A stretch of DNA of 64,000 bases from Intoshia linei (GCA_001642005.1 LWCA01000020.1:17708-81707), one strand, 5' to 3'. Positions 1 to 13,790 are shown, counted from the first letter of the stretch. Made by a program: numbers and translations. The notes: a model not told the origin generated them from the letters alone.

Positions 1-490
1 TTGAACTTCCACACATTTACAATAAATAAATATGGGTGAAAATCGATATAATTCATTCCTTCGGGGTAAAATTCATCTGAAACGTGTTTCTAAAATGCTG
101 ATTCCGTTAATTATTAATACATAATTTTTAATTATTGATTAACTTGATACTGAATATATATTATCATATTGAAAATGACAAAATACATTTTTACAATTTT
201 ATTTTATCTGGAATTTATGTTATTTATGACAATTTTTTTTAAAATTCTTTACACAAATGTTAACAAAATAAATGTATACATTTAGCGTGCAATAATTCAC
301 TTTAAATTTAAAGGTAATGTAATGTGACGGGTCCACGTGTAACAAGTATGGAATCACTCCTTTAAATGATTGATAGTAGTGAATAGTAGCATTTATAGGT
401 TAAATTTTCTTATTGAATTTATTTTTCTGGTAGAATAAAAATGTCCGCCCTCGGCAGAGCTAGGATGCTGTTTGTACGAAGTACATAACA
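1..490 (+). mobile_element. 3' part of a non-autonomous Helitron-family copy, inside the Rho intron
   Basis: Carries the family 3' module CCCTCGGCAGAGCTAGGATGCTGTTTGTACGAAGTACATAACAGTCAAG (~448-496) and internal sequence shared with the copies at 29718-31200 and 58010-58658. The terminal CTAG is lost. Confidence 0.7.
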
Positions 491-859
491 GTCAAGATAT
501 TATTATTATTATTGTCTGTTTGTAGTGTGTAATTGAAATTAAATGAAATTAATTAGTGTGGTAATTAGGGTTGCCAACTGCGTTATTTTCCTCCTGAGAT
601 TTTGTTAACTGGGCGATAGAGATGTACTATTTGACGAAAATTTGTCAAGTTTATTGAACTGTGTACCCTAAAAATACTTGACTAGAAATAATATCTTGGA
701 AAAGTTGAAGCGTGCGACAAGCATCAGATGTGTCATGCAAAATTCAATAAATATTGGTCATATACAAATGTATGACGAATACCAAAAATAAATGTACTAT
801 TTACAATTAGTCGGTCAAGGTAAAAAAGAGCTGCTCATACACATAAAATAAAAAATTAC

Positions 860-1080
860 GAGAGAGGTCTCAGTCTATCATACTCTTCTTGACCTGCAGT
901 ATCCCATAAAGACAATTGTAAAACTTCCTTGTCTATTTTGATTGTTGTTACAAAAGTATCAAACACTGTTGGAATATAGACATCTGAATATTCGTTATTT
1001 ACAAAACTGATTAAAAGCGATGTCTTTCCTACTGCTCCGTCGCCGACTACAACCAATTTTTTTTCGGTAATTGTTGCCAT
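860..1080 (-). CDS. Rho-family small GTPase, first coding exon (gene continues off the left end)
   Basis: Motifs [14 protein letters not shown] (G1), YIPTVF (switch I) and [17 protein letters not shown] (G3/switch II). The ORF stop falls in a GTAATT donor starting at 859. No further exon recognised in 1-859. Confidence 0.93.
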
Positions 1081-1532
1081 CGTTTTACAATAATTTCCAA
1101 TTTTATGAAAACTAAATAGAGGTATACAAAAAAGCGAATAAAATAAAAATGTACCGTACGGCAGTGATTAGTAATTGATTTACAAATTTTCTACTAAATT
1201 ATCACTATTTTTAGAAACATTGTGGTATCTTAGTTTAACTAAATTCATTTGTTTAAACAATGTTATTTATTGATAAATAACTTTATAGATTTTAAGGGTT
1301 TGAATTTAATACATGGTAAAATGGTTTTTAATACTAAAATTTTGAATAAAAAGTTGAGTATTCCTAGTGAACGTAAACATAACTTGACTTATATTTATTT
1401 TGTAATTTTCAAAATTTGGCAATGAAGAAAAAAATTTTTTACAGTAAAACCCGTAAAAATAAAACCTGCAACAGACAATACAAAAAAACATTTTTATGGT
1501 AAAATGTTTAAATATTTATCAATATTATTAGG

Positions 1533-4500
1533 ATGTCTATTTTCGTCATGTCCTTTATAGGAATTGTATTGTTTGGATATATGGTAATGATGATTATATT
1601 TTTAATAAACGAAGCAGAAAAAAACAACTGTTATGAATTCTCAATCTTTATTTCATATGGATCGATTTAAGCTATTTTTAAAACCATTGTTAATTGAAAG
1701 ACGGGTGGGAACTGACGGTCATGGTGATGCTAAAAAGGTTTGGCGCATAAGATGTGTTTAATTTTTTATTAGCATATAATAGATACTATGAAATCTATCG
1801 GGTATACGATTATTGAACATTCTTTCATTTCTAAAACTCCGCATGGTTCAAAAACTTTTACAAATGTTATTGCTCAACCCAAATTTATTAAATCAGAAAT
1901 TATTTCTTTTGCTTGTCATTATGATTCCAAGATTTATCCGTTTCATTTTGTTGGCGCCACCGATTCCGCTGTTCCTTGCGCCATGTTGATTGAATTTGCT
2001 CATAATATTTTTAACATACTTGAAGTAATTTTTAATAATGTTAAAACACTATATCTTGTTTTATGGTAACTTTTCGAAAGGGAAGAGTGCCCAAAAACGA
2101 AGGGTAATATATAAACTAATTTCTTACATGTAAATTAAATTTTTAATCATGTTCATACATGAGGAACTTATAATTATTAATTATATCTCATCTACATGAT
2201 TATCCATAATTGATCATTTTTTGAAATGTTTGTTTTGTTTTAAAAGGTCGCATTTTAATTTTAATGCTCAATTTTAAAATTAACAAAATTAAAGTATAGC
2301 AGTCACGATATACCTATGAATTTATATTTTTTGACGGTGAAGAAGCGTTTGAAAATTGGGATGATAATGATTCATTGTATGGAGCCCGTCAGCTGGTAAA
2401 GGATATTTCAAAAAACCAAGGACTGTTTAAAGATAGACAACATAAAAATATGGTATTTTAATACAGAAATTGTATATCATGCAAATAAATCATTCTTATA
2501 TCTAATAATGTATACAAATATGTATAATTCGTCAAATATTTACATGAGTCATTTAAAACAGCCATTCTCAACGGGGTCCACAGCACTTTTTTGGGTTCCA
2601 TGAAAAATATATACATTTATTACATATTATATAACAGTGGTTCCCAAATTTTAAAACCTACGGACCCACAATCAATATATCCTTCATTTATAAATAATTG
2701 TCTATGTGTGTGTTACCGTTTATTTGAAAAAGTAACAGTCGTAGAATTTAAAAAACACAAATTCTAATACAGTTTTTCAAGAGTGATATTTATCGCAAAC
2801 TTAATTTTCAGAAATTAAGTCTTTCAGAGTTAAAACCCAAATTACATTTTTTTTAATAAATAATAAAATCACTCGTAGAATTGTAAAGAACATATGTATT
2901 AACGCGTACGCGTTATAATATCATTACTATTTTCGTAAATCTCAACCTCTGAAACTTACATCTTCATGGTCAAACCCCAAAATTACCAATTTTTTTGAAA
3001 TGAAAAAAGTATCAGAATTTTATAAGTCATAAATTCTGAGTAGTTTTTAAAATCATGAGCATTACCATTATCTCAACTTCAAAAACTTAAAATCAATTAA
3101 AAAATCGAACTTAAATTAAATTAGTAAGTATTATAACATGTTACTGTGTGGCGCAAAAAAAATAAAAAAATTCCTACTTTTTACAACAAATATAGCTATT
3201 ACCCATGAAAAATATCAAATTACCCACTCGTGGGTAAATACCCACAGGGTGGGAATCACTAATATAGAGATAATTTGTAATTTATATTATTTTAGAAATT
3301 ATTAATTCTGTTGGACCTCATTGGCAATAAATATCCAATATTTAATCCGTTTATAAACTCTAAAATATTTCCAATTTTACAAAATATTGGTAATTTTTAA
3401 TATTTCATTTTATGATATTGAGACTACAGGTATATCTAGGTAAAATAGACCCTGAAAGTCTTTGATACTACATTCAACCGCACTATAAGAGATGTACAAC
3501 GTATAAAAACCTAATAATTCATACCTTATTTACTGAAAGTTTAATTTTATGACAAGGGGACAAAGACATCAATTTTTCATATTTTATTTATTTATCACAG
3601 TAAACTATCAATAATCTGGGTTTCTAACCACTTTTCAGGGTAAGTGGTCACTTTTGGAGCTACTACTGTATATAATTATTATTCGAAAAGGTGAATGGTT
3701 GATATCTTCATTACGTCTAATATTTGGAAATTAGGTCCCATTTATTGAAGTTTGATAATATTATCTTGTAATAATAATTTAGTCACTTTATTTTATTGTT
3801 TTGTATGCATTTATTTGTTTTTGTTAGACACATACACCTTTTTCGATTCAAATTCAAAAAGGTGTATAATGGCGCCAATAAATTAGAAAACTGTTATTGA
3901 ATGTTCCACTTTATTTAAATTTTACGAGCCGTCTTAGAAAAATCTGTATTAACCGGGGTATACATACAAATACATGTATACAAAACATAATTAAAAACAA
4001 TATTAAAGTGCATTTTGACCGTGAAGATATAAGATATAATAATAATAATCGGTGATTGAATTTTTTTTTACATGTTAACTGAAAACATTGTATTAGCTAA
4101 ACTAATATTATTCTTTTTAAATTCTGGGACTATTAGTTTTTTTGTTATTTTTCAAAATAAAGAGTAATTTGTGGTTTTTCATTTTGTAAATTTTTCAATT
4201 CAAATTTCAAATAAAAAAATGATTGTTGTTGACAGTTAAGATGCAAATTTCTAGCGAGTTGATTGAAATTGATCGTACTTTTTGTACCGGGAAATACTGA
4301 CTTGGAATTTGTGTTTTAAAATTTCTCCAATTTTCAGTTTTCTAAATTAATGAGGTATAATAATGGTATAAATAATCTTAATGATATGCATTACGCTACA
4401 CTTGTTGAATCAACAATGATATAAACAGTGCTGATATTATTTTTATAGGAGAATTTTGAATATTTTTTATAGAGTTGCCAGATGTTGGGAATTTATCCAA

Positions 4501-6661
4501 AAGCCTAGACGACCACTACATTATTATTTCAAAAATCTTACTTTTATCCCACCATTTATAAAATTTAATAAAATATACCACTTCAAATTTTCAAGGTCAA
4601 ATCGACTTTTACCGATATTTTTTAAAATATCTTTTTTTCCAATATTTTTTTGAAAAACTTGATTTTACTTTATTATTTTATCTTATGAGAAAAAACCTTT
4701 AATTTCTACCCCAAAATAAAAATACCATTTTACCAAAATTTAATAGAAAAATCACCTTTTTTCAATATTTTTTTAAAAAACACGATTTTACCAAATCATA
4801 TGAGAAGAACATTTCATTTTTTCATAAATGTTTTATATTTCATGTTTCCTTTGGGATCCAAAAAAAATAAATATTGTGAAATGGTGGTCCGTACACTACA
4901 GTGTATTTGCATCGGGAATTACTGTTATACAATCCAATCCCGCTTTGGGGCATACTCGTATTTTTGGGCACTTTTTCAGAATTATGTTAATTTTATAGTA
5001 TTTATATCGATGGAATAGCAATATATGTGAAATTAACCCCGCTTTTGGGGCAAAAATGTTGTTAATATAAAATATATAAGTATACTTGCTATAGTGATGC
5101 CATTAAATTAAAATTATATTATTCAAATATTTTGCATACATTTTTATATGTATTTATCGTAATTCATTAATTTTTCATTCATGCCTATATTTTAATATCT
5201 GATAAATTATTAATTACTATTCTAGATTAGAAAGTAAGTATAATTCTAAAAATTAAGTATATATTATTACAAAAATATTCGTAACTTTGATTTGAGATTT
5301 TTATTAAATTTTGATTATCAGGTATTTACCTGAAAATATAACTATAAACAGTGTTGGACTCTAATAGAAACAAATATAATATCATAATGTATTGCAATAG
5401 TTGAAATATTCAATGAAAATTTAGATAAATTACTAAAACCCCTGATGGACTTTGGGGCACTTTTCAAAAAATGGTGCCCCAATCCGAGATCCGACTGTAT
5501 AATAATAATTACATAAGAACATTTTTAGCAATTTTTAGTTTATATGAGTAAGTTGTATTTATTTTTCGTTGCAGAATAATGCATGCTATAAAGTAGGGTA
5601 CATGTGTGCTAGTATATTGACAGTAGGACTAAAAAATATATTGCACAATTTTGAGAACCGCAACACTGAAAACGATAAAAATTATTTATAAGTTATAAAT
5701 AATAACCATGACTTTATCAGATTTTAACTATCATGATGATATGGTCATCATTAAATATTGCGATTAATTTTTTGATATTATCATTGATATTAGTTGTTTT
5801 AAAATTAAATTGTATTCAATTTTGTTAATTAATTAACTATTACCGTACGTCATATTGTCGATATTGTCCTATTGTATACTATACTATACTATACTATACA
5901 CTCCAATTGTTGATCGATCAATACGTAGTTTTTATACTGAATTCTGAATTGAAATCAGGATCAATTGATGTGTATATTGTACATTGTACAACGTACAATA
6001 GCAATGTTAAAATGGATATATTTAGCCAGTATAAATTTATACAGAAATCACTCTGGTGGTGATGATTGAATACATTTTAGAAAAAGCATTATTTCCCTCT
6101 CATGGAATTAGGTATTTCAAAGGAAGTTATAAATGGATTCAAATTGAAGATGATCATGTGCCTTTTCAAAAAATTGGTGAGTTGAATTCAATATATCAGT
6201 AAATTTGGTATTTACATTATGTTAATTTGATTATAATTATATAATACAAAATTTGAATACTTCCATTTGAAGTCTTTGATGATTAACTTTGACAATTATC
6301 AGAAATATTATTAAAGTGTAAATTAATCAATGTGATTTTTCTACAAATGGAAAAATTTTTAGAAAATAAAATTAGGTAAGAGTTTCAAGGGCTCTTGTTG
6401 ACACCTCTCTCAATTTGGAAATCAATTATTTTAACTAAAACTGAAAAGAAACTTTCCCCAGTCACCTAATATTTCAGATGCCGTTTTAATTTATTAATTT
6501 GTTATATAGGTGTTAACGTATTGCATTTGATTCCATACCCATTTCCTCAAACGTGGCATACTGAAGACGACAACCAATGGAACATTGACTATGAATCTAT
6601 TCAAGATATAGGAATGATACTTTTACATTATGTTTTCTATATTGAAAAACATGAAAATTAA
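1533..6661 (+). CDS. QPCT: Glutaminyl-peptide cyclotransferase (M28 family, QPCT/QPCTL-like), 7 exons
   Basis: Exons ~1533-1583 (hydrophobic N-terminus), 1618-1737 (LKPLLIERRVG), 1773-~2024 (ACHYDSK, FVGATDSAVPCAM), ~2303-2452 (FFDGEEAF, DSLYGAR), ~3296-3389 (LLDLIG), ~6081-6176 (IEDDHVPF) and ~6510-6661 (LHLIPYPFPQTWHT..DN, TAA). All introns GT-AG. Confidence 0.92.
2680..3120 (+). mobile_element. Diverged 5' portion of the Helitron family
   Basis: TGTGTGTG-TTACCGTTTATTTGAAAAAGTAAC... resembles the reverse complement of the family end at 31090-31150 and the start of the copy at 62115. Confidence 0.45.
4930..5497. mobile_element. Tc1/mariner-pogo-like MITE
   Basis: Imperfect ~24-bp TIRs (CAATCCAATCCCGCTTTGGGGCAT / GTGCCCCAATCCGAGATCCGACTG), TA on both sides, and internal repeats of TTTGGGGCA. 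Confidence 0.55.
5875..5899. repeat. (TATAC)5 microsatellite
   Basis: Directly visible. Confidence 0.8.
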
Positions 6662-7294
6662 AAATTAAATAAAAAATTTAAATTCATGTTTTGAAATGAA
6701 TATCGTTAACGTATACCATTTCCAAAATTATTCTAAATTTTAATTGAAATAATCTATTTCTATGAACCACATTAAGATTAAATGGAAAATGTATATTGTA
6801 CAATATACACGTTCATGAATTAGTTCCATATAGCATAAAATAGTTGTATTATTTTCATGAAAATATATAATGTAACCTAATTTTATACAAATGGCTGGTA
6901 ATAAACTAGCTAAATTTTGCAAAATTGGAACATTGTATATGCTAGATTCTAATTTACAAGTTTCCATATGCACTTTCTAAATTGGCATTGATCCAACGTT
7001 TGCAATTTTAAACTGTAAGTTTGTTAATTATATATTAAATATATTAACGTATATACGGTAATATTTGAAATGCATTTATGTTTAGATTGTGACAAATAGT
7101 TTTGTTTTTTTATTGATTTTTTAATTTTAAGTAAAGCTATATTTTAAAAGTAAAAATAACTAAATTTTGGTTGGTACTTTAAAATTTTCACTATACAGAA
7201 GTAACCAACTCTTTCTGTTAAACAAATAATTAATTATATTGATATTAAAATATAAAATAATGCTCATAGCGTTAATATTTTAGCTGCATAAATA

Positions 7295-10200
7295 ATGAAA
7301 AAACGAAATAAAATAAAAAACAAAAAGCAAATTAAAAAAAATAAAACTCACATAATCAGTGATATTGAAAGTCAACATTCTGAAGAAAATGCGGTACAAA
7401 ACCAAGCTTTAACTACACCGATTGCGTACGATTCAAATTGTGACTTTTTTCAAAAAAACTGGAAAACTTCCAAAAACGATTCAAATGAATCACACCGTGA
7501 AACAAACTTTCAAGAATCTATTGATAAAAGTAATTCGTTTATCGTACAGTCTTCAAGTTCAAATTCGTCATGTGATTTGAAAATATTTGATTCCATGTGT
7601 GAAAATTTGCAAGTAAAAAATGTAAACATTTTAAATGTTTCTAAATCAAACAACTTTGAAAAATCAATAAATGATTCATCTAGCAAACATGTTTTAAAAA
7701 TGGAAAAATTTATAGATTCTAATCATGATGGTTCCGATAAACTTGATGCTATGAGTGATACGGATAGTTTTGATTTTCCCTTGGATTCTGATATTGTAAT
7801 TAAACTTTCTGCTTCAACTCTAAATCTCAATCAAGACGATATCAACCCGGAAAATTTACAAAACTTGACGGAACGAATGGAATCATGGGAATTGAATGAC
7901 GAATCCGATAATAATGCGTTAAAAAAAGATGTTTTCTGCCAAAAAAGCGTACAAACCGAAGATTCTTCAGAATTTATTCCTCCAAGTGTAGATACACCCG
8001 AGTTGGTGTCGTTTGACGAGATTGCAGTAGAAGAAAGCACAAATATCGATACATTTTCTCAAATATGTTCAAAGGAAGACGTTTTAAGTAACATCACTGA
8101 ATGTAATGATGAAAATATCAATTTCAGTAGAATGAAACTTGAAGAATTATTGCCACAAACCACCTCATATAAACCTTCAAAAAATAACCACTGGTACAAC
8201 GACGCTCCCATTGAAGAATCACAACCTTCTGATGAAATTGTAGATAGTGTCTTGTTGATTGATTCTGACGAAATTTTACAGGTTTACATATGTGTCATTT
8301 CACTAATATTTTTAATTTTAGTTTACCGATTCCAAAACATTTATACAAAAAATTGTTCCTAATGCTACAAATTTGCAAATGAGTGCACGGGTAATTGCTA
8401 TTTTTGGAACTCAAGGGTGCGGCAAGTCGCATACTCTGAATAGCACCTTTTTTAGTAATCACAACGTTTTTCAGGTATACAAAAGTCAACCCGAAAAAAC
8501 CAGAGGAATATGGGTTTCGTATTCTATGGCTGACAATGCACTCATCATTGACACTGAAGGCATCAATTTGTCCTTGTCTAGTGGCGAGGAAATGGCTAAC
8601 AAGACAAATTTCAGATTGCTTGTCAAAATATTTTCCATTTGTGATGCTGTTTTGTATTTAACCAGATCTGATCGCCTTAATTCAGACGCTTTTCATTTCA
8701 TTATGGAAGCTCTCAATGCAACTAGACATTACATAAAGGAATCACCTCTACAAAAAGAATCCATACTACTTAATAATGAAATTTATCAAAAATTCCCAGA
8801 AAAAAATGTATCTGAATCTGCACCAGGTATAGTCATCTATCATGAAACTATACACACTAGACCTCTTACGCAAATTGAAGAAAATGAATTTTTAAAACAG
8901 TGTTTCAGTGAAACTGGATATGATATTAAAGATATTGGACTGTATCGATATGTTGGAGTAAATTATGGTTACAAATCTAGTCACAATTCACTTTCAAATG
9001 CTATTAATGGAATAATGAGATGGGTCAAAGAACGATCAATTCATGAAATTTTTTATTATCTTAAATCAATTAATTCTAGATTCAACCATAAAAATTATGA
9101 AAATTCCTTATCTATGCAAAATGTTCCCATTTCAGAAAAATTGTTTAAATGCGATTTTGCCTGCTCATCGTGCAATGGTACTTGTTGCCGTGGAACTAAT
9201 CATCTGGGGAGCCATAGATCTCTCACAAAATGTAAATACAATATTTCTTTTGACAACAAAATTTTATATTGTAAACATTGCTATAATAATAACAAGTACA
9301 TCACTGTAGTACCGAAAGCTATGTCGAAACAAGATAATACTTGGGTGGGGTAATATCTTTTTTATTTCATTACATTTATAGATTCAAGGCGCATGTATAT
9401 ATTTTCAAAAAATATTTTCATTTTTGTATATAATTTTTATGGGCAGTAGGTCCCTTTTTAATTCGTATACATTTTTTATATGGCTTAAAAAACCGCCATA
9501 CTGGTAAGCTAAAAATTATTTTCATTTCAATATTACTTGGAAATCCCAAGTTGGGATATTATCTTTTATAAGTGTAAATTATAAACTGATAATTATTTGA
9601 CAAAATTTTTGGGAAACTTAATAATCATTTGTATTTTATTTTAAACGTGTTTTTTGAGCGAAAGATTTTTGAGCGTTGAACGATGCAATGAGGGCAGTAC
9701 CGAACCTACCGTACCACGAGACCCCTCTTCGGGTTCTCGACGAAATATTTGTAAAATAGGTCTGATTTTTCCAAATTAAGCATTAAAAAATGTACATTCT
9801 TGAATATCAATAACTACTGTATATTGGGTGTTAAATTTAAAATATCAAATCAGGAGCCTTAGAGAGGTCGTTATGGACTATACGACATATGCATAATTTT
9901 TAAAAAAAAAATTTTAGGTCCTTTCTGGTGGTCTCGATCTGGGTACTTTCAGATCCGAATGAGGGTATAATCTTTAAAAATATAAAATTATAGTTACAAT
10001 CCTAAAAATCGGGATAAATAACATGAATTCCAGAAAAATTAAATTTTTAAATACCTACAAGTTTTGTACGTACTACTTATTGCGTCTATCAAGCATTTCG
10101 GATGAAGAAGTGTTAACCATTGAAAGAATAAATGTAAATCTCAAAAATTATACTGATAAAGTTATACTTAAGTTGATTCTGAACTTGAAGTTTCTGAAAA

Positions 10201-12982
10201 TGAGAATTTGCGTAGCAATGATAAAAAAAACAGAAGGAACAAATTTATGAGATTAAAAATATATTTTTGTATTTCAAATATATATACCAGTGTTTCCCAA
10301 CCTTATAAGTGTCATGCCCCACGTTTATTCTTACGAAATTTCTACGCCCCACCATAATTTGTAACAAATATTTCCATAGTATTGTCCTAACAGATTTTTT
10401 TATGCATATATATTACTGCGCAATAAAATGGGGTAAAACGTTAAATTAAAATTTAATTAATGAATTAATGTGATTTTTGAGTTTGGTGTTTATTCCAAAG
10501 ATTTTCTATTTGAAGCGCTATTTCTATTACTAACTGCACTGAAGATACATTCTGCTAAGTATGAAGAAGGAAAAGATAACATAACTTATGTTTCTGTCTC
10601 ATCACAAAGCCATGACATAACTCCTAATATGTTTAACATTGATTTCATTGACTCATCGTTCTGTATTTCTGAGATTTCTTCTTGATATTGCGTCAAGATA
10701 TCACATACATCCGATAGCATTGGATGCATCGTCCATACTGGAAATTCAATATGTTTTAAATCAGAAAATCTTTCTTTGAAATCAGAAGCTAATAATTTCA
10801 AATGATCAAATATTATAAGTACATCAGTATCAATTACCTCACACCTTTTTAACCAATAAACCAGTTTTTTATGGTAAGCCGAGTGAATTTGTATGCAAAA
10901 AATATGAGAATATATCAAAGTTTAGATTATCTTGATTTCTTGACAAATTTTCACAAGCCCCACTGGTGGGGCGCATGCCCGACGTTGGGAATCACTGATG
11001 TATACAGTCAATTCGCACTTTTTTTTGAAACTGTAGGATGAATATTTAAATTTTAATTCAAAAATTTGAAAAATATTGATTAAAAATTATGAAAAGTTAT
11101 TTTTGACTGGGAATCCATATACTTTAGTGTTTCAAATTTTTTTTCTAAATTAGCTGGAATAAACTGTACTAGATTAATTTTTTTTTAAATTCCCGAACTA
11201 TTAGTTATTTAATATTTTATATTTTAGTAAAATAGTTACAAAATAAAAAAAAAATAAATACCAAAGTGCATTTTAGACCGTGAAGCTGTCACTTTGTGAG
11301 ATAGAAGTTTTTTGTGAAGATTAACTGTATCAACTGTAATGTTTTTTTAAATTCTAGGACTATTTAATTTTCATTTTTTAAAACAATGGTAATCTGGGGT
11401 TTTTTAGTTTACTGTTTATGATAATGCTCATGATTTTAAAAACTATCCTATAATTTACGGTTTATAAAATTGTATGATATTTTTTTATTTTTAAAAAAAA
11501 ATGTAAGTTGTGATTTAACAATGATGATGAAAATTTCTGAGGTTGAGATTTACGATAATATTAATATTTCTAAAACGCTTCCAGAATTTATGTTTTGGAA
11601 CATTATGTCTTTATTTATAATTTATTTATTTATTATTTATGATTCATTTTATTTAAAAAAAAAGTAATTTTGGTTTTTGACCCTGAATTTCTGAATATTA
11701 CGGGTCCCATAAAACATCTCTCTGGAAAACTGTATTAGAAATTGGGTTTTTTTAAATGATAAAAATAAATCTGTAAAGTCTATTTAAAATTTGTAAAAAT
11801 ATTGTAGACGATGCCACCACTAAATTTAAAGGAATTTAAAGTTTAAACTTTTTAATTAATTATTTTTATATTGATTTATTTAGATTAGTGAAATATGCAT
11901 GGACAGGGTAAGAATTCAATAAAATATAAAAAATTAATATTTAGATATGTATTGGAATGCACTTTCTGTGGTATAATTTACCATAGCAGAAAATATTGGT
12001 TTGGAAATCCGGACCCAATTCATGATTCTGATACAGTTTATTGGGAAGTGATTCATGTTTGGCCAAAAGTATTAAATTTTAAAAAGTTTATAAAAGTATA
12101 AATAGGTGCCTCAAATCATTACACAGGAGCATCACGCTGCTCGATATTTAGTTGATGGTGTGTCTCAAATAAAACATAATGTAAAAGATTACGGAACTCA
12201 ACCTACAAGTAAAATTACAAGATGGATTAGCGATCAAATTGCTCCATCATATTGGGTTCCAAATTATAAAATATTGGTAATATTAATTGAAAAATTTGTT
12301 AATTTTAACATTATTAGGGTTGTTTTAATTGTAAAACAGATTTATCGTGTGAATCACGAAAAATTCACCATTGTAGAGCTTGTGGAAATGGTTTTTGCAA
12401 CACATGTACTCGGTTTAAACGCCAAGTTCCCGAAAGAGGGTGGGGTGTAACATCCGTAAGAGTTTGCAAAGTGTGTTATCAAACAAATGTACAACAAAAA
12501 GGAGGCACATTTGATACCTTGGATGATGAGGAAGTTTCTTTATCAGGTGAAAGTCGAAGATCTGAATTGCTTTTTCAGAAAAAAATTGATATAAAAATCA
12601 AAAAATTGGATGTTGAGGATTATGGAGATGGTACACAATTTACAGCTCGAAAATTTTGCGAAACTATTTCTAATACAATGGAAAAGGTCAGCAATGTTAC
12701 AGAAGCTTCTATTAGTAAGATTTTAAACTGAATAATTTAATTTGATTTTTAGACTACATTTGCGATAGTGCTCGTCCGTCATACTGGCAAGCCGATATTG
12801 ACATATTTGATTGTTTTGTTTGTAAAGTTAAATTTGACGAAGAAATTTCAATTCATCACTGCAGAAATTGTGGAAACGGTGTTTGCAATGCTTGTTCAAA
12901 ATGTCGTCTACCCGTAGTGCTAAAAGGTTGGGACAGACCTGTACGAATTTGCGATAAATGCGTCCAAAACAAACTCTGTTAA
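7295..12982 (+). CDS. ZFYVE1: Zinc finger FYVE domain protein 1 (DFCP1), 7 exons
   Basis: Exons 7295-8281, 8322-9349 (P-loop IFGTQGCGKSHTLN, T.GIW, IDTEG, Cys-rich region), 11884-11907 (24-nt microexon LVKYAWTG), 11945-~12068 (CGIIYHSRKYWFGN), ~12106-12276, ~12318-12713 (FYVE1 HHCRACGNGFC...RVCKVC) and ~12753-12982 (FYVE2 HHCRNCGNGVC...RICDKC, TAA). Confidence 0.93.
10170..11790 (-). mobile_element. Degraded Helitron-family copy interrupted by a hAT element
   Basis: TGAGAATTTGCGTAGCAATG... (10200) and 11005-11780 align by eye to the internal sequence of the copy at 30350-31090. Confidence 0.55.
10288..10997 (-). mobile_element. Internally deleted hAT (Buster/Charlie-like) transposon with a C-terminal transposase remnant
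   Basis: TIRs CAGTGTTTCCCAAC / GTTGGGAATCACTG; 8-bp TSD ATATATAC/ATGTATAC. The minus-strand ORF 10586-10918 reads FKERFSDL..EFP.W..QEEISEIQND, followed out of frame by FPSSYLAECIFSAV (hAT dimerisation motif) and KHQTQKSH*. Confidence 0.85.
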
Positions 12983-13318
12983 ACACAAAATTCTCTTGAG
13001 AAATGAACTAACATTATGACTCCTGTACATAAGAACGAATCTATATTCCCTCTTGAATCAATTCACATTATTTTATATATTTATTTTGAAAATTAAATTA
13101 ATTTATTTTTATTTCTCTCTTGCAAATTTAATTAATTATTGAGAGATTTCTTTTATTTTATGAGTGCAATTTGTTTCTGTTAATTAGGTCTTATTTTTAA
13201 TTAAAATTAATTGCATAAAATACGAAATTGAAAAATAAGCTTTAATTCAGGTGCCGCTAAACTTTCTTCATCTTGAACCAAAAAAATAACAATTTTATTT
13301 TATATCACATGTACTATT

Positions 13319-13588
13319 CCGGACCGTGGAGAGCCAGCAGTAGGCCCGGCCACATGAAAATTGTAGGCGCCATATAATAATTTTTAAAAAAATGGGACCT
13401 TTTTGCATTGCTAAATCGATCGTTCATTATTTAAAAATGAAAAATAACCATTGGAAATTGCATAGAACATTTTATTATACAATAATTTTGATATACTTAA
13501 GAAAATTTCCAACATTAATAAATTTAAAACTTAGGCCCTTATGAATGTAGGCCTGGCCCATATGGCCCTAGACCCTCTACACGTTCTG
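13319..13588. mobile_element. hAT-like MITE (GGACCGTGGA-terminus family); second copy at ~37687-37948
   Basis: Both copies start (C)C/AGGACCGTGGA.AGCCAGCAGTAGGC.CGG and share internal sequence. TIRs are imperfect; 8-bp TSD is degenerate (GTACTATT/GTATTATG). Confidence 0.6.
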
Positions 13589-13790
13589 GTATTATGTTCA
13601 GGTAGTATTTTATTTAAAATTTTACATTGAATCTAATAAAATTAATGTGTTTCGTAACTACCATTGCCCCAAGTATATTAATTATTAACATCGTAATTAC
13701 TGTTATTGACAGTAATAGAATGACAAAGTTGCGGCAAATAATAGTAAAAAACCCTTGATTTATACAAATTATTTATTTATTTTTGTAAGT

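Noticed and set aside
6740-6973. 77-aa minus-strand ORF between QPCT and ZFYVE1
   Set aside because: No recognisable motif, non-ATG start and no coherent splice structure. Likely a chance ORF in AT-rich DNA.
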